64,000 nt of DNA from the NCBI GenBank assembly GCA_951406725.2, contig OX597831.1, positions 76,446,001-76,510,000 of the forward strand. The letters run 5' to 3'. Below are positions 25,815 to 38,716 of this stretch, piece by piece. Source of the DNA: Octopus vulgaris (lineage: Eukaryota). The position numbers were made by a program, and so were the translations under genes. Within the stretch, counting starts at the first letter, position 1. The number at the start of each line of letters is the position of its first letter. The notes under the pieces were generated by a model. It searched no databases. It was given only the letters and a program-made list of their open reading frames with translations, and was not told the origin of the DNA.

Positions 25815-25907
25815 TGTAATAATTTGAATTCGCCTTAAATGGTCCCTTTGCATACTGAATACTTGGTGAAATTGATTAATTAATTAATTTTACCCTCAAT
25901 TGTTGAA

Positions 25908-25940
<33 letters not shown>

Positions 25941-26442
25941 TATATAGAAAGAGAGAGAGAGACAGTCACTTAGCGGTTCTGCAAAAGAGACCAATAGAAT
26001 AAGTACTGGGCTTACAAAGAATAAGTCCCGGGGTCGATTTGCTCGACTAAAGGCGGTGCTCCAGCATGGCCGCAGTCAAAAGACTGAAACAAGTAAAAGA
26101 GTAAAAGAGTATATATATATATATATATATATATAGGTAGACACATACACGCATATAAATATGTATATATTATACACACGAACAGCCATGTATATATACG
26201 TATACACACACATACACACACACACACATATACATATTCTCACATATATGTATGTATGTATGTTTGTATATGTGTGTGTATGTGTATATGTGTGCATGCG
26301 TGTATAACTCTCTATACTCACTTATTCATATACTCATACATATATACGTGCGTTTCCGTGTGTTTCTAAATGTGTGTGTGTGTGTGTGTGTGTTAGTGCT
26401 GGCGAGTGTACGACTGCGTGTGCAACCATCAACGCCAGCACA

Positions 26443-26476
<34 letters not shown>

Positions 26477-27835
26477 GAATCACATATATACCATCGCTGC
26501 CACCACCACCACCACCACCACCACCACCACATATATACAAACACACAAATGCACACATCGGACACACCTACAAATGCGAACACACATACACACATACCCC
26601 AACCCTACACTTTCCCTCCCTCCCCCCACAAGCACCGATTATTGTAATTTCTCCGCCCACTTTCGACGTCTACCTCTCCCCTTTACCCAACTCTCCACCC
26701 TGCTTTTTTTTCTTTTTTCTTTTTCACTTTTCTTGCAAACCGCCGCCAATGGGTTTTATTTCTCCTGTGCACCACCACCGCTGCCACCCCCACCGCCACC
26801 GCTTTTACAATTACCATCACAACCACCACCACCACCACCACCACCACGGCCGGCGATGCCGCCACCACTACCACCACGGCCGCCGCCGCCACCACCGCCA
26901 CCACCACCAACACAACCGCCGCCGTCGCCACCACCGCCACCACCACCACTACCACCACAGCCACCACCGCTACCACCGCCACCACCACCACCACGGCCGT
27001 CGCCGCCACCACGCCACCACCACCACAACCGCCGCCTCCACCACCGCCACCACCACTACCACCACAGCCACCACCGCTACCACCGCCACCACCACGGCCG
27101 CCGCCGCCACCACGCCACCCCCACCGTCACCACCGCCGTAATCACCATCTCTACCAAACAACAACCGCTGCGGCCACCACCACCACCACCACTGTCACCA
27201 CCGACACACCACCATCTCTACCAATATAACCACCGCCGCCGTCACCACCATCGCCACCGCCGCCGCCATTGCCACCGACGGCGCCAATGTTTGCTAACAT
27301 TTTACTTCCTGTTTGTCGGACCTTACTTCTATGTTGACCAATTAATTCCGCTAACAGCTCACACCGTTTCCCCAGCTACCGCCGCCACCACCACCACCAC
27401 CACCACCACCACCACCACCACCACCCCCAACTCCACGCTAACACCTCCACCACAACAACAACAACCACTTTGGCACCGCCAACCAGGTTCATAATGCCAT
27501 TAACACCACCACCACCACCACCACAAACCCCCACAGCCACCACCACTACCACCACCATTACCGCAATCAGTCATCATCGTCGTCGTCATCACCATGATGA
27601 TGATCATCCTCATATCATTATCACCACCATCATCATCATCATCATCATCATCATTGTCGTCATCATCATTATCATCGTTATCGTCTTCATCATCATCATC
27701 ATTGCTATCATCATCATCATCATCACCACCATCATCATCATCACCATCATTATCGCTATCATCATCATCATCAACTGCAAAACGTCTCAGAGACGTCGCC
27801 GTTAAATGGTCACCCAACTATAGTTACATCATGTA

Positions 27836-28073
27836 ATACCTATTTCTTTATTACCCACAAGGGGCTAAACACAGATGAATCAAACAAGGACAGACAGACG
27901 GATTAAGTCGATTATATCGACCCCAGTGCGTAACTAGTACTTAATTTATCGACCCCGAAAGGGTAAAAGGCAAAGTCGACCTCGGCGGAATTTGAACTCA
28001 GAACGTAGCGGCAGTCGAAATACGGCTACGCATTTCGCCCGTCGTGCTAACGCTTCTGCCAGCTCGCCGCCTT
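27836..28073 (-). mobile_element. SINE family B, full length, with target duplication
   Basis: Flanked by tagttacatcatgtaat and tagttacataatgtaat. Confidence 0.9.
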
Positions 28074-28089
28074 TAGTTACATAATGTAA

Positions 28090-28387
28090 TCTTTATATAT
28101 AAAAGTGAAGTTGTGTGTCTGTCTCCTACGATTTAGATTCCTAACTATTCCCACATTTTGCAGTGCAGTTTAACCAAAACCGGGTATCTTATAGTCGTGA
28201 TTCATATCGAGCCCTTCTGGGTATTAGCGCGCGTCTACGATGAGTCTACGATTTTAAAAAGAATTTACCATCATTTTTTCCCATTTTAATGCATTGTTTT
28301 GCTACTGTATAAGGGAAGTAACTCTCTAAAAATGCTTATATAGTTATTTCCCTTACAAACCCGAGCAACGCCGGGCGATACTGCTAG
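28090..28387 (+). mobile_element. Non-autonomous Helitron (about 300 bp)
   Basis: A|TC start (tctttatatataaaag), subterminal hairpin cccg-agcaacgc-cggg, CTAG|T end. Confidence 0.85.
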
Positions 28388-28431
28388 TATATGATATATT
28401 GAAAGTGAGACTAGCAAAAGAATGAACGAGC

Positions 28432-28462
<31 letters not shown>

Positions 28463-28719
28463 CAAACCTTCGTGAGCTGTCTGGAGTAAACATTATCTGA
28501 GAGAAATTTTCTTTAAGTAGTGGAAATGCGAAGAAAATTTTTTTTGGCTGCTATTTCTACTAAGTTCAGTATGTGGCAAAGTAATTTATTTTACTAAGCC
28601 CTAATTATATAATGTAATATTTTGAATTCGCCTTAAATGGTCCTTTTACATACTGAACACTTGGTGAAATTGATTAATTAATTATTTAATTAATTAATTT
28701 TACCCTCAATTGTTGATAT

Positions 28720-28756
<37 letters not shown>

Positions 28757-28815
28757 TTATGTATGTATGTATGTATGTATGTATGTATGTATATATAAAT
28801 ATATATATATATACA

Positions 28816-28846
<31 letters not shown>

Positions 28847-29078
28847 ATGTATGTATAGAGAGAGGGAGGGAGAGAGAGAGAAAGAGAGAGACAGTGACAG
28901 ACAGACAGATTAGTGACGCCTTGAAATTAATGCGATTCTTTAACAAAAGTTTTTATTAAACATTTTCGGTTTTCATAAAATCCGGTTGCAGAGAAACCAA
29001 CTTTTGAGATTCTGAAAAGATCGAAAATAATTTCTCAATCATTTTCCGTATTTCTTTAATTCGCGCGTATCTTTCCCT

Positions 29079-29110
<32 letters not shown>

Positions 29111-29129
29111 GTTTTTTTTGTCTTTTTTT

Positions 29130-29325
29130 GTTCGATCATTGGCTTGCGGTCATGCTGGAGCACCACCTTGTTGGGTTTAGTCGAACAAATTGATTCCAGT
29201 ACATATTTTTTTAATTTTAAGCCAGGTAGTTATTTTATCGATCACTTTTGTCACACTGCAAAGTCACGGAACGTAAGCACAACAATGCCAATTGTCAAGC
29301 TGTGGTGGGGAGGACAAACACAAAC

Positions 29326-29365
<40 letters not shown>

Positions 29366-29557
29366 GATATACATATACGAACATAGCACAGGTTTTTTTC
29401 CGTTTTCGTCTTCCACATCCTCTCATAAGGCTTTGGTCAACCTGAACTATAGACGAAGGCATTTGCCCAAGATTGCATGTTGGGGGTGGGTGGGCTCTGA
29501 ACCCGAAACCACCTGATAGGGAAACAAACTTCTTACCACACAGACATGACTGCGCCT
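29130..29557 (-). mobile_element. SINE family A, diverged
   Basis: Colinear with the family consensus, many substitutions. Confidence 0.8.
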
Positions 29558-30374
29558 AATGTAATTTTTCTATAATTCTTTGGTGAGCTGATGTTTGTCA
29601 TTTGTCGCTGTAACTACCTGGCCGTTTCTTGAACTTTTCAAACACCCCAAGAGAACCAGCATACGTTTATGTTACTTCCTCGGTTTCTTCAACTGTTTTA
29701 AAGTTCATCTAGGATACTATATCTAGGAAACGTCAATAAGTAGCCGATCCTTAATATGTTGTTACGAAACTGTGTTGGGTAAGATGAAAGGGATTTCAAC
29801 ACATTTGGAGTGAATCCAGATTTGAAACATGACCAAGGGCGTTGTGCTCGAATTATTCTTCTCAGAGTAACGTTTGAAAACAGAACAAAATTGTCTAACA
29901 AACGATTAGTAAAAAGCACCCTACATAACCCAAATTTTACTGTTAGATTCTATATACAACAAGCTGAATTTTGACACACCTTTCATTAATTTTAGATTTT
30001 CAGAATAAAGTACGAGCAATTCCCTGTGTTTTAAAATCTCTAGTGCCATTTGCTTCTTGTAATAACAAAGAAGAGGATTTGATATTGTTTTATCCTCTGG
30101 TGCTCCTTTTCTTCTTTGATATAAGAGTTTAAAGAGCAAACATTTCCAAAGTCGTCCATATTTGTCACTACCAAAATTTGATTCGTTAGATGTGTGCCTT
30201 TCCTCTTTAATTTTGCTGAAAATTCTAATGTAGTTTCGGATGTACATACAAATACACATGTACATACATACATACATATACACACACGCACGCGCGCGTG
30301 CGCGCTCACATATATATATATAATACATATATATACATGCATGCATGCATGCATACATACATGCATGTATATAT

Positions 30375-30612
30375 ATCACCGTGATCACCGTGACCGACCA
30401 GGCTATCAGATGTTGCTACACATCACTGGTCACAATGCGCTTCGCATTGTTTTAGCCTTCAAATGACACCTACAGAAGAAAGAGTGAGAGAAAGTTGTGG
30501 CGAAAGAGTACAGCAGGGATCGCCACCAACCCATGCCGGAGCCTCGTGGAGCTTTAGGTGCTTCCGTTCAATAAACACTCACAACGCCCGGTCTGGGAAT
30601 CGAAACCGCGAT
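30375..30612 (-). mobile_element. SINE family C variant with a different 3' tail
   Basis: 30475-30612 matches the family C body; 30375-30470 does not match the tail of other copies. Confidence 0.7.
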
Positions 30613-30706
<94 letters not shown>

Positions 30707-30711
30707 CATGC

Positions 30712-30755
<44 letters not shown>

Positions 30756-30912
30756 ATCAATAATACAGTGATTGTTTCTTATCAGGAACAAAATGTTTAA
30801 TAGGACTGCTATAGAAGTCCTCAATTAAATGAGACAAATATATTAAACTGTGGTTGCAGAACAAACAAATACAAGGTCATCCACGTAACATTTCATATCT
30901 CGAACATTTAAT

Positions 30913-31068
30913 CATAGAATATACATGCATAACATCACGGAAGATGAAACATAACTCATCTGTACAAGCATATGAACTGTATTCACACATATTTCCTGCA
31001 TTTTCTTATATGCTTGTATTGATGAGTTATGTTTCATCTTCCGTGATGTTATACATGTATATTCTATG
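30913..31068. repeat. Imperfect inverted repeat, about 60-bp arms, 34-bp spacer
   Basis: catagaatatacatgcataacatcacggaagatgaaacataactcatc.. pairs with ..gatgagttatgtttcatcttccgtgatgttatacatgtatattctatg. Confidence 0.88.
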
Positions 31069-31902
31069 TGAAAGAAAAAGCATTATGTGATTATATATAT
31101 GCATACATACATACATACATACATACATACATCCATACATACATACATACATATACATATAAACATGTATATACATATATGCATATATATACATATATAC
31201 TTTCATATATAAAGTGTATATATGATAGACAGAACTTTTTACAGGACGCCTTACATGCTAGAGAGAACAGCCTAATCCTAATCCAAGAAAAAAGTAATTC
31301 CAAAGAGAATGAAAACAACAATTATTCATAGTAAATCCCAAACTCGAGTTTCTGTATTAATGAACAAATAAATTAATTTGTCATCTGTACTTCATCAGTG
31401 GGATCACCTAAGACATAATTATGTATCAAATACGCACCGACATTCCACATGTGTTGCATACCTATACATTTGTGTTTCCAAATCAAGCGCGCAAGCGCAG
31501 TCATATAGTCAGCAGCAAATAATAAAATTAAAACTGCTTACCAAAGTTTGAAATTATGTAAACTTTACTGTGAAAATTATAAAGATAGAAAATTTAGAAA
31601 AAATTCATACCGGTGGCTAGCATGCGTAATAAAAGCCAATAGACAACATATTTTCATATATACAGTGTATAGTATTTATGCACAAAAAAGATGACCCTTT
31701 GCAAGACGCCTTACATGCTAGAGAGGGAAGCCAAACCCAAACCACGAGAAACAGTAATTCCAAAGAAAATGAAAGCAACAATCTGAAACAACTCTTCTCT
31801 ACAAAGATTACAATTTGTCTCCCCAATTTTCTAAGCATTGGCATGGCTTAATATTTCCCACTTTATGCTATACTTTTTATTGTTGTCCTTTTAGCTAACT
31901 AC

Positions 31903-31997
<95 letters not shown>

Positions 31998-32015
31998 TAG
32001 ATATAGATCGAATTC

Positions 32016-32075
32016 GCGTCTTGTCCCAAGCTTCGAAACGCAGAGTAGATAAAACAGTGGACAACAGATGGAGGG
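32016..32075 (+). ncRNA. Non-circularly permuted hammerhead-like motif, core mutated (CAGAUGG)
   Basis: GCGU-C-UUGUCC-caag-CUUC-GAA-ACGC-linker-GGACAA-CAGAUG-GAGG; stems III (4 bp) and I (6 bp) are perfect. Confidence 0.6.
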
Positions 32076-32261
32076 ATTGTTCTTTATGTTGCCTGTCTCG
32101 TTTCTCTATTTTATTTCGTTGTTCGAAAAAAAGTTCGCCTTTCATGTTTCTGCTTTTTATGTTCTCGTTTCTCATTTTTTCACGTTTTTTAACGTCCTGT
32201 ACACATATATGCATGTATATATACATATATATGTAGGTATGTACATATATGTACGTATATA

Positions 32262-32318
<57 letters not shown>

Positions 32319-32320
32319 AT

Positions 32321-32861
32321 TATTATATACATATATATTTATGTATATGTGTATGCGTGTGTGTATACATATACACATGTATATATATACATGTATGTCT
32401 GTGTATATATATATATATATTGATAAATACGGTAAGATAACAAAAGAAAGAAAGGGACCTCGATATCATGTAAATAGAGGCATTTATCTGTAAATGTAAT
32501 ATGTGACAATTATTCGGTAGCCATGATAAAACTCCGAGTTTCAGATGCCGAGGTGGAAATCGACGCCGCCATCTCTTCAGCATTTTCCCGATGGCCGGAT
32601 AACTGAAGAGATGGTCGCGTGGATTTCCACCTGGCATCCGAAACTCAGAGTTTTATCATAGCTACCGAATAATTGTCACATATTACATTTACAGATAAAT
32701 TTCCTCTATTTACATGATATCGAGGTCCCTTTCTTTCTTTTGTTATCTTACCGTATTTATCAATATATATATATATATATATACACAGACATACATGTAT
32801 ATATATACATGTGTATATGTATACACACACGCATACACATATACATAAATATATATGTATA

Positions 32862-32866
<5 letters not shown>
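32321..32866. repeat. Inverted duplication (about 260-bp arms, 22-bp spacer) of a hammerhead-bearing module plus flanking microsatellite
   Basis: Arms are near-identical reverse complements; third copy at about 38080-38255. Confidence 0.9.
32598..32657 (+). ncRNA. Type I hammerhead ribozyme, intact core
   Basis: GAUAA-CUGAAGA-GAUG...CAUC-C-GAAAC-UCAGA-GUU-UUAUC. Confidence 0.8.
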
Positions 32867-32903
<37 letters not shown>

Positions 32904-32920
32904 ACATATTACATTTACCG

Positions 32921-32956
<36 letters not shown>

Positions 32957-33360
32957 ATATATATGTTTGTATGTATGTATGTATGTATGTATGTATGTAT
33001 GTATGTATGTATGTATGTATGTATGTGTGTATGTATGTATATATATTCCTGTCCTTTAAGTCCCAAATAAATTTGCTAAGACTGGTGCAAGACGACCTAT
33101 TTTTATTATCAAAAGTGTATTGATGGTTTGCAATACGATTTTTAGTATCGTTTAGTCGACCTAACGGCGCCTTTGTTTCTCAACACATTAACACACGCAC
33201 GCAAACAAATGCACTAAAACAACGGTTTTTTAAAAAAGATACATTAGAATACATAAACGCACATACCTGAAGTTAATGCTGAGTTTACCAACGATATATC
33301 AACACATTGGGATGTTGTTCCCTTTTTCTATCCAGTTCTGACCCTGACGAAATGTTCAAT

Positions 33361-33579
33361 TACTCTTTTACTCTCTTTTACTTGTTTCAGTCATTTGACT
33401 GCGGCCATGCTGGAGCACCGCCTTTAGTCGAGCAAATAAACCTCGGGACTTATTCTTTGTAAGCCCAGTACTTATTCTATCAGTCTCTTTTGCCGAACCG
33501 CTAAGTGACGGGGACGTAAACACACCAACATCGGTTGTCAAGCAATACTAGAGGGACAAACACAGACACACAAACATAT

Positions 33580-33612
<33 letters not shown>

Positions 33613-33776
33613 CGACAGGCTTCTTTCAGTTTCCGTCTACCAAATCCACTCAAAAGGCATTGGTCGGCCCGAGGCTATAGCAGAAGACACTTTCCCAAGG
33701 TGCCACGCAGTGGGACTGAACCCGGAACCATGTGGTTGGTTAGCAAGCTACTTACCACACAGCCACTCCTGCGCCT
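33361..33776 (-). mobile_element. SINE family A, full length
   Basis: aggcgcaggagtggctgtgtggtaag head through the (aaaagagt)n tail. Confidence 0.92.
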
Positions 33777-34169
33777 TAATTAATTATATTCAATATGAAT
33801 CTCTAATTTAATTTTTCTAATTTGTATGAATTGGACATGGAAACAATTGTAGGATCAATGAGCTTGATATTGTTCGAAATTGGATTTGTTTCAATAAATT
33901 GATGTCTGCATATCAATTTCCCCATTTTCTTTTTCTTATACATAAATGGTAATATACCCATATCCATCAATGCGTAGCTAACATCTTTTAGTATCTCATT
34001 AATGCACTGGATAAAACCGGGGAACCTGGATGCTGACATATGTGTGTGTATGTACACACACACACACACACACACACTTACTCACACACGCACACACACT
34101 CACACACACACACACACACACACACACAAATATATATACACACATATATATATATATGTATATATATCG

Positions 34170-34510
34170 TGGCATTCCGTCGGTTACGACGACAAGGGTT
34201 CCAGTTGATCCGAATCAACGGAACTGCCTGCTCGTGAAATTAACGTGCAAGTGGCTGAGCACTCCGCAGACACGTGTACCCTTAACGTAGTTCTCGGGGA
34301 GATTCAGCGTGACACAGAGTATGACAAAACTGGTCCCTTTGAAATACAGGTACAACAGAAACAGGAACAAAGAGTATAGCAGGGTTCGCCACCCCCACCC
34401 CTGCCGGAGCCTTGTGGAGCTTTAAGTGTTTTCGCTCAATAAACACTCACAACGCCCGGTCTGGGAATCGAAACCGCGATCCTACGACCGCGAATCCGCT
34501 GCCCTAACAC
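34170..34510 (-). mobile_element. SINE family C
   Basis: Matches 45257-45638. Confidence 0.88.
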
Positions 34511-34529
34511 TTCCACATATGTATGTATA

Positions 34530-34747
34530 TACTCTTTTATTGTTTTACTTGTTTGTGGCATTTGACTGCGGCCATGCTGGAGCAGCACCTTTAGTCGAAC
34601 AAATCGACCCCAGGACTTATATTTTGTAAGCCAGCCTAGTACTTATTCTATCCGCATATTATGCCGAACCGCTAAGTTACGGGGACGTAAACATACCAAC
34701 ATCAATTATCAAGCGATGGTGGGGGACAAACATAAACACAAATAACA

Positions 34748-34820
<73 letters not shown>

Positions 34821-35035
34821 GTCTATGTAAAAAAATACAAACTGATACAAGAACGCAAACATTTAGAAGATGATACAAAAAACACGGACGGGACATTCCT
34901 AGCCTTCAATCTTCAGTCAAGAACCGGATCATCCTCGCAATTTCGGCTGATTAATCTTGAGAATGCTCCGACATGGCCAGCCCCAAAGGAAAAACGACGG
35001 GCTTCTTTCCGTTTCCGTCTACCAAATCCACTCAT
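34530..35035 (-). mobile_element. SINE family A pieces split by a hammerhead-bearing insert (about 34820-34993)
   Basis: Tail at 34530-34745; short upstream piece at 34995-35035. Confidence 0.75.
34901..34966 (-). ncRNA. Non-circularly permuted hammerhead-like motif, second family
   Basis: Minus strand GCAUU-C-UCAAGA-uuaauc-AGCC-GAA-AUUGC-linker-UCUUGA-CUGAAGA-uugaa-GGCU. Confidence 0.65.
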
Positions 35036-35210
35036 ATGGTGTGTGTGTGTGTGTGTGTGTGTGCGCGTGTGTGTGTGTGTGAGTGCGTGCACACACACAC
35101 ATCTACTTACATTCGCATCCACTTACACTCGCACGCCCTTACACACTCACACACGTTGATTATATTTCGAAATATCAATTAGAACAAATTTCTTGTGCTT
35201 TAATTCTTCA

Positions 35211-35636
35211 TTACTCTTTTACTCTTTTACTTGTTTCAGTCATTTGACTGCGGCCATGCTGGAGCACCGCCTTTAGTCGAGCAAATCGACCACGGGACTT
35301 ATTATTTGTAAGCCCAGTACTTATTCTATCGGTTTCTTTTGCCGAACCGCTAAGTGACGGGAACGTAAACACACCAGCATCGGTTGTCAAGCAATGCTCG
35401 GGGGACAAACACAGACACACACACAGATACACACACATACATACATACATATATATATATATACACATATATACGACGGGCTTCTTTCAGTTTCCGTCTA
35501 CCAAATCCACTCACAAGGCATTGGTCGGCCCGAGGCTATAGCAGAAGACACTTGCCCAAGGTGCCATGCAGTGGGACTGAACCCGGAACCATGTGGTTGG
35601 TTAGCAAGCTACTTACCACACAGCCACTTCTGCGCC
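35211..35636 (-). mobile_element. SINE family A, full length
   Basis: Near-identical to 33361-33776. Confidence 0.92.
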
Positions 35637-36071
35637 CATTGTTTATCTTTTGTTTCCTCTTCACCCACTACAACTGCGGTCATGCTGGAGCAGCTCATAT
35701 TTCATATTCATAATATAAATTGATATATTCCTCCATTTGTTTCTCTTTATTTATTTTTAGTAAAGAAAGGGTTTTCCTTCATTTTTTTTTTCTCAGTGAT
35801 GAGTTTTTGTTCCTTTTTTATTTTCTGGTGGTGGTGGGGGGGGTAGGGATTGCGGGCTGAGGTAAGGGTAGAAAGGTATAAAAGGTGGATGGGTAGGGGG
35901 GTGGGGGTGAGAGTTAAAATATGTTGTAGAATTAGATTAAAGAGAAGCAAAATGTCTGCCATCTGGTACGTAGTAAGAGATGATTGATCAGCCATCGTCT
36001 GTTCGGTGGGAACCGATCAATAACAGTCAACACCTAAGCGTACTGACGGAGTCGAGACACACCGACGATCA

Positions 36072-36099
36072 ATCGGTCATATATGTATGTATATATATG

Positions 36100-36182
<83 letters not shown>

Positions 36183-36194
36183 TATATATATATA

Positions 36195-36228
<34 letters not shown>

Positions 36229-36378
36229 TATACATATATATATATATAAATATATATAAATATGTGTGTGTGTGTATGCACTGATGGATATATACGCATA
36301 TGAGCATGTATGTATATAAACGTATATATAGAGACCTCGAAAGATAGATAGATAGATTGATGGATAGATAGATAGATT

Positions 36379-36437
<59 letters not shown>

Positions 36438-36443
36438 GGATGG

Positions 36444-36496
<53 letters not shown>

Positions 36497-36661
36497 ATCT
36501 TTCGAGGTCTCTATCTATACGTTTATATACATACATGCTCATATGCGTATATATCCATCAGTGCATACACACACACACACACACACACATATTTATGTAT
36601 ATTTATGTATATGTATATATATATGTATATGTATATATATGTATATATATATATGACCGAT
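36072..36661. repeat. Inverted duplication of compound microsatellite DNA centred near 36440
   Basis: Unique words gcactgatggatatatacgcatatgagc, gagacctcgaaag and atcggtcat are mirrored on both sides of the (GATA)n/(TATC)n switch. Confidence 0.88.
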
Positions 36662-36662
36662 G

Positions 36663-36744
<82 letters not shown>

Positions 36745-38079
36745 CTGACAGACAGAATAACGGACGAAAGGACAGAGAGAAAGAGAGAGAGACAAACAGA
36801 CAGCAGACAGACAGCCGGGCGGACGGACAGACAGACAGATAGACACACGGATAGATGGATAGATAAATAGATTGACGACTATCCGCCTGCGTGTACCTGT
36901 GTGTACGTATATGTTTAAATTGATGTGTGTGTGTGTGCGTGCGTGTGTGTGTGTGTGTGTGTGCGTGTGTGTGCGCGTGTGATGTTCTTGTGTGCGTGTA
37001 TATTGAACGAGACAGATTTTAATTGATAGCTATTTTGGTGTGTGTATGTGAATACACAGACACACACACACACAAACAGAAGAAAATGCACATCTAAACA
37101 TTCAAACAAATGATATGATTACACACATACACATGCACACACATATATACACATGCAAACACATACGCACGTATACACGCACACACATATATATATATAC
37201 GTATATATGTATATATATATGTGTGTGTGTGGTGTGTGTGTGTATTTATATATGTATATATGTATATATACATGTACATATATATATATATATGGATATT
37301 TATATATATACATATATATATATGTACACACATATATATATACATACATATACACATATATACATATGTATGTATATATATATACCATACATATATTTAT
37401 AAATATATATATATGTACGTATGAATGTATGTATGTATGTATGTATGTATGTATGTATGTATGTATGTACACAACGAGTAAATAATCGAATGAACTTTGG
37501 CCGTTGGCCGAATCTTTTGCCGCAATCTCTGATTTGTTGACGATGTTCTGGCGAAGGTCTTTGATTTCAAGGGAGATCACCGTTAATAGGATATTGAAGA
37601 GGTGTACATCGCACAAAACACTGGGCTCCTCTCCGGGTGAAGGAACGTAGAGTTAGAGGCTGGCAATTTCAGTGAGTTGTTATAATGAAGCGGAAGGATT
37701 GGTTGATGGTAGTGGGTAGGAGGGCATAAAAGGTACTAATTATTTGGTGCGGAATAGAGGGTTGGGGTAGATACGCGGGATTCGGTTTCGATAACGAGAA
37801 GGTAGTTGATTGGCTCAGTCGTAAGGGTCCGAGGTGCTGAACTCGTTTGCCCTTACGCGCCTGTTTGAAGAATGAGTTTGATCTCAAGGGCTCAAGAGGG
37901 ACAACTATTTCAGAAATGCCTTATTTATAATATAGGGCAAAGTAAATGGATGAAAAGAGCCAATATACATTATAAAGACTTTATTAACAATTAAGAATAT
38001 AGGATACGAAATGTTAGCATAGAGTGTGTTCAGATATATATATATATATATAACTGTATTTTTTCATAGCGTTTTTTCA

Positions 38080-38249
38080 GATGGCCAGATAACCGAAGAG
38101 ATGGTGTTGTGGATTTCCACTTCGGCATCTGAAACTCAGAGTTTTATCTTGACTATTGAGTAATTGTAGCATATTATTTTATAGATAAATTTCCTCTATT
38201 TACATAACATTGAGGTCTCTTTCTTTCTTTTGTTATCTTACCGTTTTTA

Positions 38250-38255
<6 letters not shown>
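38080..38255 (+). mobile_element. Third copy of the 32.6-kb hammerhead module (core CCGAAGA)
   Basis: gataaccgaagagatgg..catctgaaactcagagttttatc. Confidence 0.8.
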
Positions 38256-38324
<69 letters not shown>

Positions 38325-38466
38325 GAGCTAATAAAAAGGGGCTAGCAGCGGGCTGCTTCGCCTCATACCGAAGGAATTAGAAATGGCAGTCAAAGACTGT
38401 TTTTTCCATTTTCTGTAAGTGGAGATTCCAAAAACGAAATGGTGTATATATATATATGTATGTATG

Positions 38467-38500
<34 letters not shown>

Positions 38501-38640
38501 TGTATGTATGTATGTATGTATATGTGCATGTATATGCGTGTGTGAGTGTGTGTGTATATATATGGGGAAAACTTATCCATATGGCGTGTATATGTATGTA
38601 TGTATGTGTGCATGTATATGTTTATGTATATATATATATA

Positions 38641-38716
<76 letters not shown>

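Noticed and set aside
29600-30240. Possible decayed retroelement (RNase H-like NINVCWF on the minus strand)
   Set aside because: Single weak motif among many stops; not supportable by eye.
37480-37900. Possible decayed LINE AP-endonuclease on the minus strand
   Set aside because: Only vague motif resemblance; needs an HMM search.
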